Assembly (NCBI GenBank): GCA_035544015.1
Contig: DATKIP010000093.1
Span: 129,156 to 193,155, forward strand
Direction of reading: 5' to 3'
Source of the DNA: Candidatus Saccharimonadia bacterium
GTDB taxonomy: Bacteria > Patescibacteriota > Saccharimonadia > UBA4664
Length of the DNA stretch: 64,000 nt
A program made the position numbers and the translations under genes. Below, piece after piece: positions 22,898-32,358 of the stretch (its first letter is position 1; each line of letters begins with the position of its first letter). Under the pieces are notes generated by a model. It was given only the letters and a program-made list of their open reading frames with translations. It had not been told where the DNA came from and did no database searches.

Positions 22898-23322
22898 TCA
22901 GGCACCTATGGTCAATTTTGGCAACCCAATCGTCAGTTGACCAACAGACCAATAACCTCAGCATTTTCGACGTCATGGAGGAGCTCACAGTTCAGCTTCC
23001 CGTCGATGCGAAGCTACCTGCCGTCGTTCCGCTAAAACACACCATTGTATCGCTTTGGCAGAAAGAGCGTGGGAAAGAAGTTAATTTCGAATTAAGAATA
23101 GAAATTGTTGGTCCCAACGGGAATAAGCTCGGTGAAATAGTCCAAAAAATAAAAACCTTACCCCAGCACAGGCGGATGAGGACAATAACACAAATGGAGA
23201 CATTCCCATTAGTTGGGGCAGGAGAATACACCTTTAAAGTGTTCACAAGTGAGTCAGATACAGTGAGAACTCTTCAATCAGAACTTCCTCTTGACATCAT
23301 CATTCCTAAAATCGAGCAGTAA
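22894..23322 (+). CDS. Beta-rich hypothetical protein (DUF6941-like)
   Basis: SSVDQQTNNLSIF, IVSLW, GPNG, GEYTF; ATGA overlap with antitoxin. Confidence 0.7.
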   Translation: MIRHLWSILATQSSVDQQTNNLSIFDVMEELTVQLPVDAKLPAVVPLKHTIVSLWQKERGKEVNFELRIEIVGPNGNKLGEIVQKIKTLPQHRRMRTITQMETFPLVGAGEYTFKVFTSESDTVRTLQSELPLDIIIPKIEQ

Positions 23323-23375
23323 AGAGCGATCTATTCACGCCGCCAGAATAATATATAAACCACGAGGAATTCGCC

Positions 23376-23792
23376 ATGGCCACACAAATCAAAGGCAACG
23401 GAACCAAAGAGTCGCCCTGGCAGCTCACCACGCCGCCCGGGACGTCGCAGTATCAGATGTACGAGGATGAATCGGCCGATCCGGCGGCCATTGTGTGCGT
23501 GGTGGGCTCCACGAAGCTCGGCTACCAGTTGCGGGCCGTCGAGGATCTGCACGCCATGCTCAAGGCTCACGGCGATTGGATGGAACTCGGCGCCGCCGAT
23601 GAGCAAAAGCCCGCCAAAGACGGCACCGTGGAGGCTTGGGGCCGCGCCGAAACCAACCCCGTAGGCGGCTGGTATGGCATCAAGAAGGGCTTGCGCGGCC
23701 GATTTGGCATGTACATGCCCCCGTTGCTCGAGGCGCTCGGACTAGCCGAGGTGGAGCACAATCCGCGCGGCAACCGGATGCGGGCTCTATAG
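23376..23792 (+). CDS. Conserved hypothetical protein (DUF6855-like)
   Basis: PWQLTTPPG, DLHAMLK.HGDW, ADEQK, NPVGGWYG..KG.RGRF. Confidence 0.8.
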   Translation: MATQIKGNGTKESPWQLTTPPGTSQYQMYEDESADPAAIVCVVGSTKLGYQLRAVEDLHAMLKAHGDWMELGAADEQKPAKDGTVEAWGRAETNPVGGWYGIKKGLRGRFGMYMPPLLEALGLAEVEHNPRGNRMRAL

Positions 23793-23853
23793 CTCAGGCG
23801 CTTGTGGTATAAAGCTATTGTTGCAATCGCCTAGCCGAGAGGCAGGATAGCCA

Positions 23854-24153
23854 ATGTCCACTGACACCCAACCGCCCCCGGACCCGCTCACCGACTACTC
23901 GCAGTGGATCGGCGGAATCCTCTACACTGTCACTAGTGAGCGGCGAACTGTTTCCGACACCTTCGGCTTCCGGGTCGACGAGGTCTCGCGGCTCATCACG
24001 CCGATCTTCCCCTCGCTCGGAGACACGATCTACATGGTCGCCCGCGAGTACTTCGTGGCCGGCCGCCCCTTGGCCAGCCTCACCATCAGGGCCACCACCC
24101 TGAACCTGTTGTTGCTCGCCGGGCCGGGCGGTCCGCACGCGTGCGGGCTCTGA
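23854..24153 (+). CDS. Hypothetical protein (orphan unit)
   Basis: SD agga; followed by repeat at 24166. Confidence 0.6.
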   Translation: MSTDTQPPPDPLTDYSQWIGGILYTVTSERRTVSDTFGFRVDEVSRLITPIFPSLGDTIYMVAREYFVAGRPLASLTIRATTLNLLLLAGPGGPHACGL

Positions 24154-24165
24154 CGGGGACATGCA

Positions 24166-24201
24166 ACCCAACCGGCCCCGGGACGACGTCCCGGGGCCGG
24201 C
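24166..24201 (+). repeat. 36-nt 3' hairpin element, copy 1
   Basis: acccaa-ccggccccggga-loop-tcccggggccgg-c; 33/36 identical to 24667-24702. Confidence 0.9.
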
Positions 24202-24270
24202 TCCACTAGGACAGCTGTCAATGCGCACATACGCTGCTTCAAATTACAGCTCAGCGGAAGGATAACGCAC

Positions 24271-24654
24271 ATGTCCCCAATCCAAACCGTCCGGCGGGTC
24301 CGTTTCAGTGCCAAGGGCGCCCTCGCTGCGGGCGGCGCTTACGGCCTGGCGCTCGGCGTCATCCACGCCTTCCTCAACCACGCCGGCACCAGCCCGATGG
24401 AGAAGCTCGGCGTCATCGCCGCGGCCGTGCTCATCGGGGCCGCCACGACGCTGCTGGCAAAGGAGCTCTTGTCGCTAATGCCCTCCGGCGGGTACATCAC
24501 CCAGCTCGTGCTCGGCTTCGGCGGCCTTGCCTACCTGCTCGGATGGAGCCAACCTTGGGTGCGCTGGCTCGTCATCCCGACGATTCCCTGCCTGCTCGCC
24601 GCGTTCGTGATGGACTACCAGGCCGAGGCCGGACCAAAGCGGCGGCACACATAG
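24271..24654 (+). CDS. Membrane protein (about 4 TM)
   Basis: SD aagga; four hydrophobic segments. Confidence 0.75.
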   Translation: MSPIQTVRRVRFSAKGALAAGGAYGLALGVIHAFLNHAGTSPMEKLGVIAAAVLIGAATTLLAKELLSLMPSGGYITQLVLGFGGLAYLLGWSQPWVRWLVIPTIPCLLAAFVMDYQAEAGPKRRHT

Positions 24655-24666
24655 AGGCTGACCGCC

Positions 24667-24702
24667 ACCCAACCGGCCCCGGGACCATCTCCCGGGGCCG
24701 GC
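24667..24702 (+). repeat. 36-nt 3' hairpin element, copy 2
   Basis: Differs from copy 1 only in the loop. Confidence 0.9.
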
Positions 24703-24829
24703 GCACCGCCATTATTTTTCACGCTCGCCAGTTTGACACCCTTGCACTCAGTCCGCTAATGTGGCTAAACCTAGCAGAAAGTTCAAGATTCGGCCACGAG
24801 GTAGCCGAAACACAAAAGGGGGGAGTGGC

Positions 24830-25420
24830 ATGTACCCGCACTACGACGAACGAGCTACCCTACCGCCTACGTCTAGCGGTCGTCTACGCACAATGGTCGC
24901 CGAGGGAATCCCAGCCGTGGTCGCGCATCTCGCCACCGGCATGAAGCTGGCCGGCGAAATCGACCACACCATGGCGCGGCTCTACGCCGGCGGAATCCTC
25001 TCGGCCGAGCTGAGTGTGCTTCAAACGCTGCGGCTCGGCGGCGCCGAAGGCGACTGGTTTGTGCGCGAGGGCGAGGAGCCCACATGGGGCATCGGCGTAC
25101 GCCTCGACTTCGCGTTTAACCGCAGCTACATCGTCTGCTCGCTGCGCCGCGACACGCCGGCAGCCGCGCTCTACATCACCGTCGAGCGCATCGTGCCCGA
25201 TCGCGATCTGCAGCAAGAGCTCCTGCGGGTGACGTACACAGTCGAAACGGGCTTCATGTGCTGGGCCGGCGAAGACATCACGCTTGAGACCCAGCCAACG
25301 CTCGGCACCGAGGTGAGCTGTCGGGAGGCCTTCGAGATCGCAGTCAGAAAACTGTTCGATGCTCTCAAGAATGAAGCCGCCCACATCTTCGATGGCTATA
25401 CGCGACTGTCCGAGTATTAA
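24830..25420 (+). CDS. Hypothetical protein (orphan unit)
   Basis: SD ggggag before ATG; TTGACA upstream. Confidence 0.7.
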   Translation: MYPHYDERATLPPTSSGRLRTMVAEGIPAVVAHLATGMKLAGEIDHTMARLYAGGILSAELSVLQTLRLGGAEGDWFVREGEEPTWGIGVRLDFAFNRSYIVCSLRRDTPAAALYITVERIVPDRDLQQELLRVTYTVETGFMCWAGEDITLETQPTLGTEVSCREAFEIAVRKLFDALKNEAAHIFDGYTRLSEY

Positions 25421-25443
25421 CTCCGGCCCGAAGGGTGGCCACC

Positions 25444-25902
25444 ATGCCCGATTCGAGTCTCGACCCGGCCGAGCGCAAAATCGTCGGGGACGTCCGGTCC
25501 AGAGTTGCCGGCAATTTCGGCATCGATGCCGACACCTGGAAGCGGTTGGTGGCGTGGGACGAATCAACCAAGTCTCAGCGCTGGATCGTCGGGATCATGA
25601 TCCTGGTGGCAATGGAGCTCATCCGCCGCCGGCGGGTGCACATGAGCGCCACGGCACCAAACGAGCGTGATCTCGCTCGTCGCATCAGCGCTGAGCTCGG
25701 CATCAATGCCCGCGCCAACCCCAAGAATCCCCATGCCCGCATGGCCGAGGCAGTCGGCGCAGCGGATCGCAAAGGGCTACTGCATGAAGTGCGAGAAGCA
25801 GTAGCAAGCATCTTTCTCGCGCTGCGCCAGTCGGAGTTCCCAAATTGGCGTACCATCGCTCGCCGGGTCGTCCATCCCCGGGCCAACAAGGACGACCAGT
25901 GA
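25444..25902 (+). CDS. Hypothetical basic helical protein
   Basis: SD-like gggtgg; long 3' hairpin 25909-25950. Confidence 0.65.
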   Translation: MPDSSLDPAERKIVGDVRSRVAGNFGIDADTWKRLVAWDESTKSQRWIVGIMILVAMELIRRRRVHMSATAPNERDLARRISAELGINARANPKNPHARMAEAVGAADRKGLLHEVREAVASIFLALRQSEFPNWRTIARRVVHPRANKDDQ

Positions 25903-26047
25903 GACGCCCGGCGCTCGAGTTTCCGGTACCACCGGAACGCTCGAGCGCCGTCTCTCGTTTTATCGAGCGCTTGTCTCCCCAAACGCAGTGCGCCCCCGCC
26001 GAGACCGAAGTCAGGGCAGGGGCGTGGGCACCGATGGTGCAGGGGGA

Positions 26048-26797
26048 TCAGCCCCGAACTGGAACATAGGCGGCGTACGGCGACCCGGGGGTGATCAGGA
26101 GTCCGCGAACCGGCCGGCCACCGGGGTCGAGGACATCCGCGTAAAGCGATCGCTCATCCCGCGCGTCGAGCCGGAACGCCAGGGTGAACGCAGCCGAATC
26201 GCCGTCATGCGCCACTCCGGGCGCGTCCGGAAGCGTAACCGCTCGCGCAAAGGCCTCGTGCCACGCGAGACGCCTCGAACCTTCCCCGTCCCAAGCCCGT
26301 CCGAACACCGCCGCCAGCATCGCCGGCGACAGATCGGCCGCCGCCGGATTGGGATCGCGCCCGGCCGCCACATTGGCGCCGACCACGCCGAAGACGTAGC
26401 GCACCGCCAGATCGAGGCTCATGGGCTGCCGAACCTTCGACCAGTCGAGCCGTCCTCCGATGCTGGGCAGCCCCGGTAGGTAGAATCTGACCCAGCTGCC
26501 GGAGCCGGCCCAGAGGAACAGTCCGCTCGGGCCGGCCGACCCTATGGTCGGCGTGACTTCCAGCGACACCTTCCTCGGCTCGATGAGCGTCCAGCGCGTG
26601 TGGGGCAGCGGCGGAGTCACGTCGGGCACGGCCAGCTGGCCGAAGGTCACCGTGAGCGTGGATCCATCGATGGTGATGTCCACGATCGTTCCCTGGCACA
26701 TCGAAATAGCTTCGTCAGTGCCGTGAGAAATGCTGATCTCGCCACCCGCCGCATAAGGCGCTAGGTGTCGCGGCTGCAGAGCAAGAGGATCTTCCAT
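26048..26797 (-). CDS. Hypothetical protein (orphan unit)
   Basis: SD aggagg; TATAGT upstream; 3' hairpin with UUCG loop 25991-26024. Confidence 0.72.
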   Translation of the reverse strand: MEDPLALQPRHLAPYAAGGEISISHGTDEAISMCQGTIVDITIDGSTLTVTFGQLAVPDVTPPLPHTRWTLIEPRKVSLEVTPTIGSAGPSGLFLWAGSGSWVRFYLPGLPSIGGRLDWSKVRQPMSLDLAVRYVFGVVGANVAAGRDPNPAAADLSPAMLAAVFGRAWDGEGSRRLAWHEAFARAVTLPDAPGVAHDGDSAAFTLAFRLDARDERSLYADVLDPGGRPVRGLLITPGSPYAAYVPVRG

Positions 26798-26915
26798 GGT
26801 CGCCTCCTGGGCGTCGGGCTGACGGGAACTGGCCAGAATGGCCGAGATTGGACTCACCGACTATACCATCATTACGCACTTTAGTCGAGGCATGCGGGTA
26901 GTGTAAAATACCCAC

Positions 26916-27368
26916 ATGACCACACCCGCCACACCCATCATTTACTACACCGACGGCAGCTGCGAGCCCAACCCTGGGGCCGGCGGATTTGCCGTTATTC
27001 GCTCTATGAAGCCACACGTGTTGGGTTCCGAACCCGTTAGCACCAACATTCGCATGGAGGGCCGGGCCCTCATTGCCGCGCTCGCCGACGCCGACGGCAC
27101 CCCCTGCCTCATTCACACCGACAGTGAATTCTGGATCAACGTCATCACCAAATGGTCCCTCAATTGGGAGCGCAACGGCTGGAAAAAGAAAGGCGGCGAC
27201 ATCAAAAACCTCGACCTCGTGCGCGAAGTCTGCGAGCTGTACCGTGCGTCCCAGGCCCGGCTCATCTGGGTACGCGGCCACAACAACGACCCAGGCAACG
27301 AGCTGGCCGACCAATGGGCCAACCGTGCCCGCGAACAAGGCGTACAAGCAACCAAGGAGGCAGTATGA
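26916..27368 (+). CDS. rnhA: Ribonuclease HI
   Basis: YTDGSCEPNPG.GG, TNIRME, TDS, WVRGH, GNELADQ.A. Confidence 0.97.
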   Translation: MTTPATPIIYYTDGSCEPNPGAGGFAVIRSMKPHVLGSEPVSTNIRMEGRALIAALADADGTPCLIHTDSEFWINVITKWSLNWERNGWKKKGGDIKNLDLVREVCELYRASQARLIWVRGHNNDPGNELADQWANRAREQGVQATKEAV

Positions 27369-27958
27369 AGTTCACCGAGCAAGAAATATTTGTGATGGCC
27401 GACCGAGCTTTGGAGCAGGTAGTCAGTCAGATCAAGCCCGAACAATATACCCAAATCGTGCCGCCCGAAATCACCACCCGCCAGCCGGGATCGTCGCTGC
27501 GCCAAATCATCAACTACCACGCCTACGACGACTCGTGGGTGCCCGACACCCTGGCCGGCAAAACCGCCGCCCAGGTCGGCGCCAAATACGACGGCGATCT
27601 GCTCGGCACCGACCCCGCCGACAGCTTTAGCCGCGTGGTTGACCGCGCCGTGAAGGCGGTCGAAAGATTCCGCGAGCCCGAGCGGGTGGTGCACCTAAGC
27701 TACGGCGACTTTCCGGCCCGAGACTATCTCATCCACATCACGAGCTTCCGCGGCTTTCGGGCCTACGATATCGCCAAATTTATCGGCGCCGATACCACGC
27801 TGCCGGCCGATCTGGTCCAGGGCATGTGGGACGAACTCTCGCCGCACTGGGAAGAATACCGCGCTATGGGTGTGTTTGGGCCGGCCGTAGAGACACCACC
27901 TCACGCCGACCTGCAGGCTCGGCTGCTGGCGCTCTCGGGCCGCAACCCAGCAGCCTAA
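27365..27958 (+). CDS. TIGR03086/DinB-like (MDMPI-related) protein
   Basis: LRQIINYH, DGDLLG.DP, VHLSYGDFP, AYDIA, FGPAV..P..AD.Q.RLL.LSGR.P. Confidence 0.8.
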   Translation: MKFTEQEIFVMADRALEQVVSQIKPEQYTQIVPPEITTRQPGSSLRQIINYHAYDDSWVPDTLAGKTAAQVGAKYDGDLLGTDPADSFSRVVDRAVKAVERFREPERVVHLSYGDFPARDYLIHITSFRGFRAYDIAKFIGADTTLPADLVQGMWDELSPHWEEYRAMGVFGPAVETPPHADLQARLLALSGRNPAA

Positions 27959-28023
27959 GCATCTCGCATCTCGGCTAGGGCCCTTGATAAATCGGTGAAA
28001 TATGCCTATAATAACCAATTCTT

Positions 28024-28677
28024 ATGGCTACCACCGATACCACCCTTCTCAACCCCCGTCGCGGACCCCGTTTGGGCCTCCGCAGCCTCATCGGCCTGTT
28101 GGCACTTTTGGCGCCACTGGGTTACCTAGCCGGCCGTCTCAGTACGAGCCAACTTGCTGGTAGTTACATCGCTTTTCTTGGCTCCGGCCTTGCTCTCGGC
28201 GCGCTGGGGGCTATGATTGGCATCCCGATCGGCCTGTTTTTTGGCTCGCTGCGGTCCGGCACCACCCGCCCCAGCGCCGCCCTCAGCGCCAACACCCCCG
28301 CTATGGAGCGCGACATTCTCGAGCAACTCCGGGCCGAATTGGTCGAAGACAAAGCCCTCTTTGACGCTCGCCGCGGCAGTACCACCATGTACGCACGCAT
28401 CGAATATCTCATGTCGTTTTGGACTACCATCAAAGCTTCGGGCCGGCTGTTTGTGATGCAAGATGCCCACCTCCTAAACACTATCGCCACGGCCTACTAC
28501 TGGCTCGAGCAAGCCACCCACCTCGAAACCCTAGCCTACGAGGCCAAATACGCAGGCAAACAAATCGACGAAGCCCGCACCGCCGAGCACCTCATCGCCG
28601 AAGCCCGGCTGCTCGACGGCCAGCTCGATGCCGCTCTTTCGCGCGCTATAGCCGAAATCGACGCCACCCGGTCATAG
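28024..28677 (+). CDS. Hypothetical membrane protein (2 N-terminal TM plus helical domain)
   Basis: Hydrophobicity pattern; TATAAT upstream. Confidence 0.75.
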   Translation: MATTDTTLLNPRRGPRLGLRSLIGLLALLAPLGYLAGRLSTSQLAGSYIAFLGSGLALGALGAMIGIPIGLFFGSLRSGTTRPSAALSANTPAMERDILEQLRAELVEDKALFDARRGSTTMYARIEYLMSFWTTIKASGRLFVMQDAHLLNTIATAYYWLEQATHLETLAYEAKYAGKQIDEARTAEHLIAEARLLDGQLDAALSRAIAEIDATRS

Positions 28678-28743
28678 CCACCTCGCGCTCGGCAAAAATT
28701 AACGCTACTATAGTTCTAGCTTTTAAACGAGGATGCGTCGGAT

Positions 28744-29328
28744 ATGTCGCTCGTGCTTGCGCTCAAGAACCGTAATTCCATCATAGCCGCCAGCGATAGC
28801 CCCACACCGACGGACGGTAGTCTAGCTTTTGGTCAGTTTATGAACGTCCCCGGTCGCGCCATCCTGCTCCTGGCAGGCAACCTGGCGGCCGTGCAGCGAC
28901 CCATCGTCGAAACCGTGCTACCCAAGCTCACCGCCAGCACCAGCGCCGCCACCCTGGCACAGCTCATCCAGGCCGCACTCGTGCTTGAGGTCGTGCCCCA
29001 TTTGGCGGGCATGGCCGGCCGCGTCGAAATCATCGTCGCCGGCATTGATCCCGTGCGCCACACCGAAGAGCCGGGGCTGTATTACCTGGATAGCGCCCAA
29101 GATTTCTATCTGCAGCCAATCCTGGGGCAATTCGTGGCCGCCGGCGCCAATGCGGCCGTCGCGGAGGTCATCGGCGACCAAGATCTCACCGCCGCCACGG
29201 ACGACGATCTCATTAATCTCGCTAAGGAATGCATCACCACCACCAAGCTGCGATGGCCCACTTCGGTAGCCCAGCACGTCCAGTTTGGCGTTATTTCGCC
29301 CGTTCGCACCCGTATACTCAATTTCTAA
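28744..29328 (+). CDS. Ntn-hydrolase / proteasome beta-subunit-like protein
   Basis: MSLVLALK..NSIIAASDS, IIVAGID, P.LYYLD, FVAAG pattern. Confidence 0.6.
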   Translation: MSLVLALKNRNSIIAASDSPTPTDGSLAFGQFMNVPGRAILLLAGNLAAVQRPIVETVLPKLTASTSAATLAQLIQAALVLEVVPHLAGMAGRVEIIVAGIDPVRHTEEPGLYYLDSAQDFYLQPILGQFVAAGANAAVAEVIGDQDLTAATDDDLINLAKECITTTKLRWPTSVAQHVQFGVISPVRTRILNF

Positions 29329-29362
29329 GGCATCATGGTTCCATCCCAGGTATAGTGGAGAT

Positions 29363-30568
29363 ATGAATTTATTCTCCGATAACACCAAGCGTCCCCTCGC
29401 CGACCGGGTGCGGCCGCGCACACTCGACGAATTTATCGGCCAAGCGCAGGTGGTGGGGGAGGGGCAATTTTTGCGCACCATGATCACACGCGGCACGCCT
29501 ACCTCGCTGATCTTGTGGGGGCCGCCCGGCACCGGCAAGACCACGCTCGCGCGCATCATTGCTTCAAGCGGCGATTTTGCCTTCGAGGAAATCTCCGCCG
29601 TCACGAGCGGCCTGCCCGACGTCAAAAAGGTCATCGAGCGCGCGGCCGAACGCAAAAAACTCGGCCAGGCCACGGTGCTCTTCGTCGACGAAATCCACCG
29701 CTTCAACAAGGCCCAGCAAGACGCCTTCCTGCCCCACGTCGAAACCGGCACCATCATCCTCATCGGCGCCACCACCGAAAACCCGTCGTTTGAGGTCATC
29801 GGGCCGCTGCTGTCACGTAGTCGCGTGGTGGTACTCGAGCCTCTGTCGGCCGAGCAGATTTTGGCCATCATCGAGCGGGCCACCCGCGAACTTCCGGGCA
29901 AAGCGCTCGACGCCGATGCCGCCCGCCTGCTGGCCGAGCTCTCCGCCGGCGACGCGCGGGTGGCGCTGGGCGGGCTCGAGACCGCCGCCGAGTTAGCCGG
30001 CGGCCGCATCACGCTGGAATCGGTGAAACAAGCCATGCAAAAACCTGGCCTCAAATACGACAAAAACGGCGAATATCATTACAATCTCATCTCGGCCTAC
30101 ATCAAATCTCTCCGCGGCGGCTCGGCCGATGCCGCACTGTTTTACCTCGCCCGCATGCTCGAAGGCGGCGAAGACCCCAAATTTATCGCTCGGCGACTGG
30201 TTATTTTTGCCTCCGAAGACATCGGCGTGGCCGACAACACCGCGCTGCCGCTGGCCGTAGCCGCCTTTCAAGCCATCGAACGCATCGGCTTGCCCGAAGG
30301 CCGCATCATATTGAGCCAAGCCACCATCGCGCTGGCCACTGCTCCCAAAGACCGCCGGGCCTATGACGCCATCGCCGCCGCTATTACCGCGGCCCAGGAG
30401 CACCCGGCCGCCGAGGTTCCGTTGCATCTGCGCAACGCTCCTACCAAGCTCATGAAAGACTTGGGTTACGGTCAAGATTATCGCTGGCAACCCGGCTTTG
30501 AGCCCGACCAAGGCTTTTTGCCCGATGAGCTCAAGCATCAGAAATTTTTCACACCAGATCAACAGTAA
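29363..30568 (+). CDS. rarA: Replication-associated recombination protein A
   Basis: PLADRVRP, GPPGTGKTT, DEIHRFNKAQQD, SEDIG, VPLHLRNAP. Confidence 0.97.
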   Translation: MNLFSDNTKRPLADRVRPRTLDEFIGQAQVVGEGQFLRTMITRGTPTSLILWGPPGTGKTTLARIIASSGDFAFEEISAVTSGLPDVKKVIERAAERKKLGQATVLFVDEIHRFNKAQQDAFLPHVETGTIILIGATTENPSFEVIGPLLSRSRVVVLEPLSAEQILAIIERATRELPGKALDADAARLLAELSAGDARVALGGLETAAELAGGRITLESVKQAMQKPGLKYDKNGEYHYNLISAYIKSLRGGSADAALFYLARMLEGGEDPKFIARRLVIFASEDIGVADNTALPLAVAAFQAIERIGLPEGRIILSQATIALATAPKDRRAYDAIAAAITAAQEHPAAEVPLHLRNAPTKLMKDLGYGQDYRWQPGFEPDQGFLPDELKHQKFFTPDQQ

Positions 30569-30651
30569 GCGATAATAAGCCCGCGGCCGTTTCGCCAGGC
30601 CACCACAAAATAGCCTTTGCACTCGCAACATGCTTATGGTTTAATGAGCGC

Positions 30652-30915
30652 ATGGCAAAGACTACCAAACAAGCGCGCGGTCGCGAAACCGACAACGCTT
30701 ATTTTCTCAAAATTCTCATTTATTTTGTACTCGGACTCATTTGGGTTAAGGTCAACGGCTTCGTCGTAGTGCCCATTGGACTAATTTTGGGCATCATTAT
30801 CGCCCAGCACGACCACTTCTCGATTGATCGCAAGATAGAATACGCTATTTTGCTCGTATCCGCCGTTCTCGGGCTGGCCGGCTTCGGCGCATATCTCGGC
30901 TTTTGGCTCGGCTAA
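30652..30915 (+). CDS. Small membrane protein
   Basis: YFLKILIY...HDHFSIDRKIEYA; three hydrophobic stretches. Confidence 0.8.
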   Translation: MAKTTKQARGRETDNAYFLKILIYFVLGLIWVKVNGFVVVPIGLILGIIIAQHDHFSIDRKIEYAILLVSAVLGLAGFGAYLGFWLG

Positions 30916-30916
30916 G

Positions 30917-31129
30917 CTAAAATTCGCGTAGCAACGATCGCACGGCTACCGCCGCGACTCCCAGTATGCAGCCAAGCTGCACTGCCGACAAGACCGCGCG
31001 CATCACCTCTAAATCCTGGGGCACATACTGATACGCGATCGTAATAGCAACGGCCGGAATGAGTAATGCACCAATTTGATTGAGCGTAGAATGCTGATTC
31101 AAAGCGTTTCTCCAATAGGAATACTGCAT
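30917..31129 (-). CDS. Small 2-TM hypothetical protein (start uncertain)
   Basis: Two hydrophobic segments; TTGACA upstream on the minus strand. Confidence 0.45.
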   Translation of the reverse strand: MQYSYWRNALNQHSTLNQIGALLIPAVAITIAYQYVPQDLEVMRAVLSAVQLGCILGVAAVAVRSLLREF

Positions 31130-31195
31130 AGTACCATAGCATAAGTGCTTTGTCAATACTGACGAATGAGCAGCGAGCCGCTAGAGTACTAACGT

Positions 31196-31567
31196 ATGTG
31201 GATTTTTATTTGCGGTAACTTACCATTGCCGCTCATTCTCTATCTGAACTGGCATGTCACGAGAAAGTTCTTGCGCGTGCGCAAACTTTCCAAGCACGTA
31301 CCCATAGCCAAACCGCGGCGCCTCGTCATTGGTTGGTGGCTCACCAATGTATCGGCGGTATTCGTGCTCATCCCCGTGCTCACCGAGCATCGACTGTTCG
31401 TCCAAGACTACCGCTGGCTGGTGTCCTATGCCCTAGCTGCCACCTTCACCATCACCGGACTGGTGCTCATGAACGACGCTTTGGGGGAGGAGCTGGCGGC
31501 CCTAGCGCATCGCCGGCGTAAAAACCCGTCTAAACCTGTTGACACTACAGCCTCAGATACGCTATAG
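31196..31567 (+). CDS. Hypothetical membrane protein
   Basis: Three hydrophobic stretches; 3' end overlaps the rplC promoter. Confidence 0.55.
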   Translation: MWIFICGNLPLPLILYLNWHVTRKFLRVRKLSKHVPIAKPRRLVIGWWLTNVSAVFVLIPVLTEHRLFVQDYRWLVSYALAATFTITGLVLMNDALGEELAALAHRRRKNPSKPVDTTASDTL

Positions 31568-31660
31568 TCACATGGTATTTGGCCTCAGCAGCCACCTGCG
31601 GGGCGTGCAAAGACTAGGAAGCGGCAGGTCTCCACGATAGGAGAAACCATCGTTGCCTAG
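31539..31660 (+). promoter_or_regulatory. rplC promoter and structured leader
   Basis: TTGACA(31539)-18-TATAGT(31563); nested stems ctagg/cctag and tctcc/ggaga. Confidence 0.65.
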
Positions 31661-31698
31661 CGCTTATTTTATGTAACTTTAGGATAGTTTGACCTCAT

Positions 31699-32358
31699 AT
31701 GAAGGCGCTTCTCGGAACCAAACTCGGTATGACCCAGCTCTTTGACGAGAGCGGTAACGTCGCACGCGTTACGCTTATTCAGGCTGGTCCCTGCGTGGTC
31801 ACCCAAGTGAAAACCCAAGCAACGGACGGCTACAATGCCGTTCAAATTGGTTTTGGCGAGGCCAAGCATCAGCCCAAGCCGCAGGCCGGCCACCTCAAGC
31901 CCGCCGGCAGCAACGCTCACAAGCTGCGTGAAATCCGCATTCAGGACGTCCAGGCCGGCCACCCCGACGCCAAGACTCGCGAGGCCGCCGCGGTCGAGGC
32001 CCTGGCACTCGAGGTCGGCGCCACCATCGATGTTACCGCCTTTGAGGCTGGCGACGCGGTGCAGGTGACCGGTATTTCAAAGGGCAAAGGCTTTGCCGGT
32101 ACGATCAAGCGCCACAACTTCAGCCGCGGGCCCAAGACTCACGGTTCGCGCAACTATCGCGCACCGGGTTCGATTGGTTCTGGCTATCCGGAGCACGTCT
32201 TCAAGGGCATGCGCATGGCCGGCCACATGGGCCACGAGCGCGTTACGGTTAAAGGTCTCAAGGTCGTCGTGGTAGATGCCGCCCTCGGGGTACTGGCCAT
32301 TTCCGGCGCTGTGCCCGGCCCCAAGCGCGGGCTCGTAATGATCCGAGGTGCCGCATGA
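31699..32358 (+). CDS. rplC: 50S ribosomal protein L3
   Basis: GTKLGMTQ, DGYNAVQIG, SKGKGFAG. Confidence 0.99.
   Translation: MKALLGTKLGMTQLFDESGNVARVTLIQAGPCVVTQVKTQATDGYNAVQIGFGEAKHQPKPQAGHLKPAGSNAHKLREIRIQDVQAGHPDAKTREAAAVEALALEVGATIDVTAFEAGDAVQVTGISKGKGFAGTIKRHNFSRGPKTHGSRNYRAPGSIGSGYPEHVFKGMRMAGHMGHERVTVKGLKVVVVDAALGVLAISGAVPGPKRGLVMIRGAA

Noticed and set aside
31882-31963. Repeated caggccggccacc (QAGH) in rplC with a short insertion
   Set aside because: A 13-nt GC-rich duplication with no further structure; probably a local indel.
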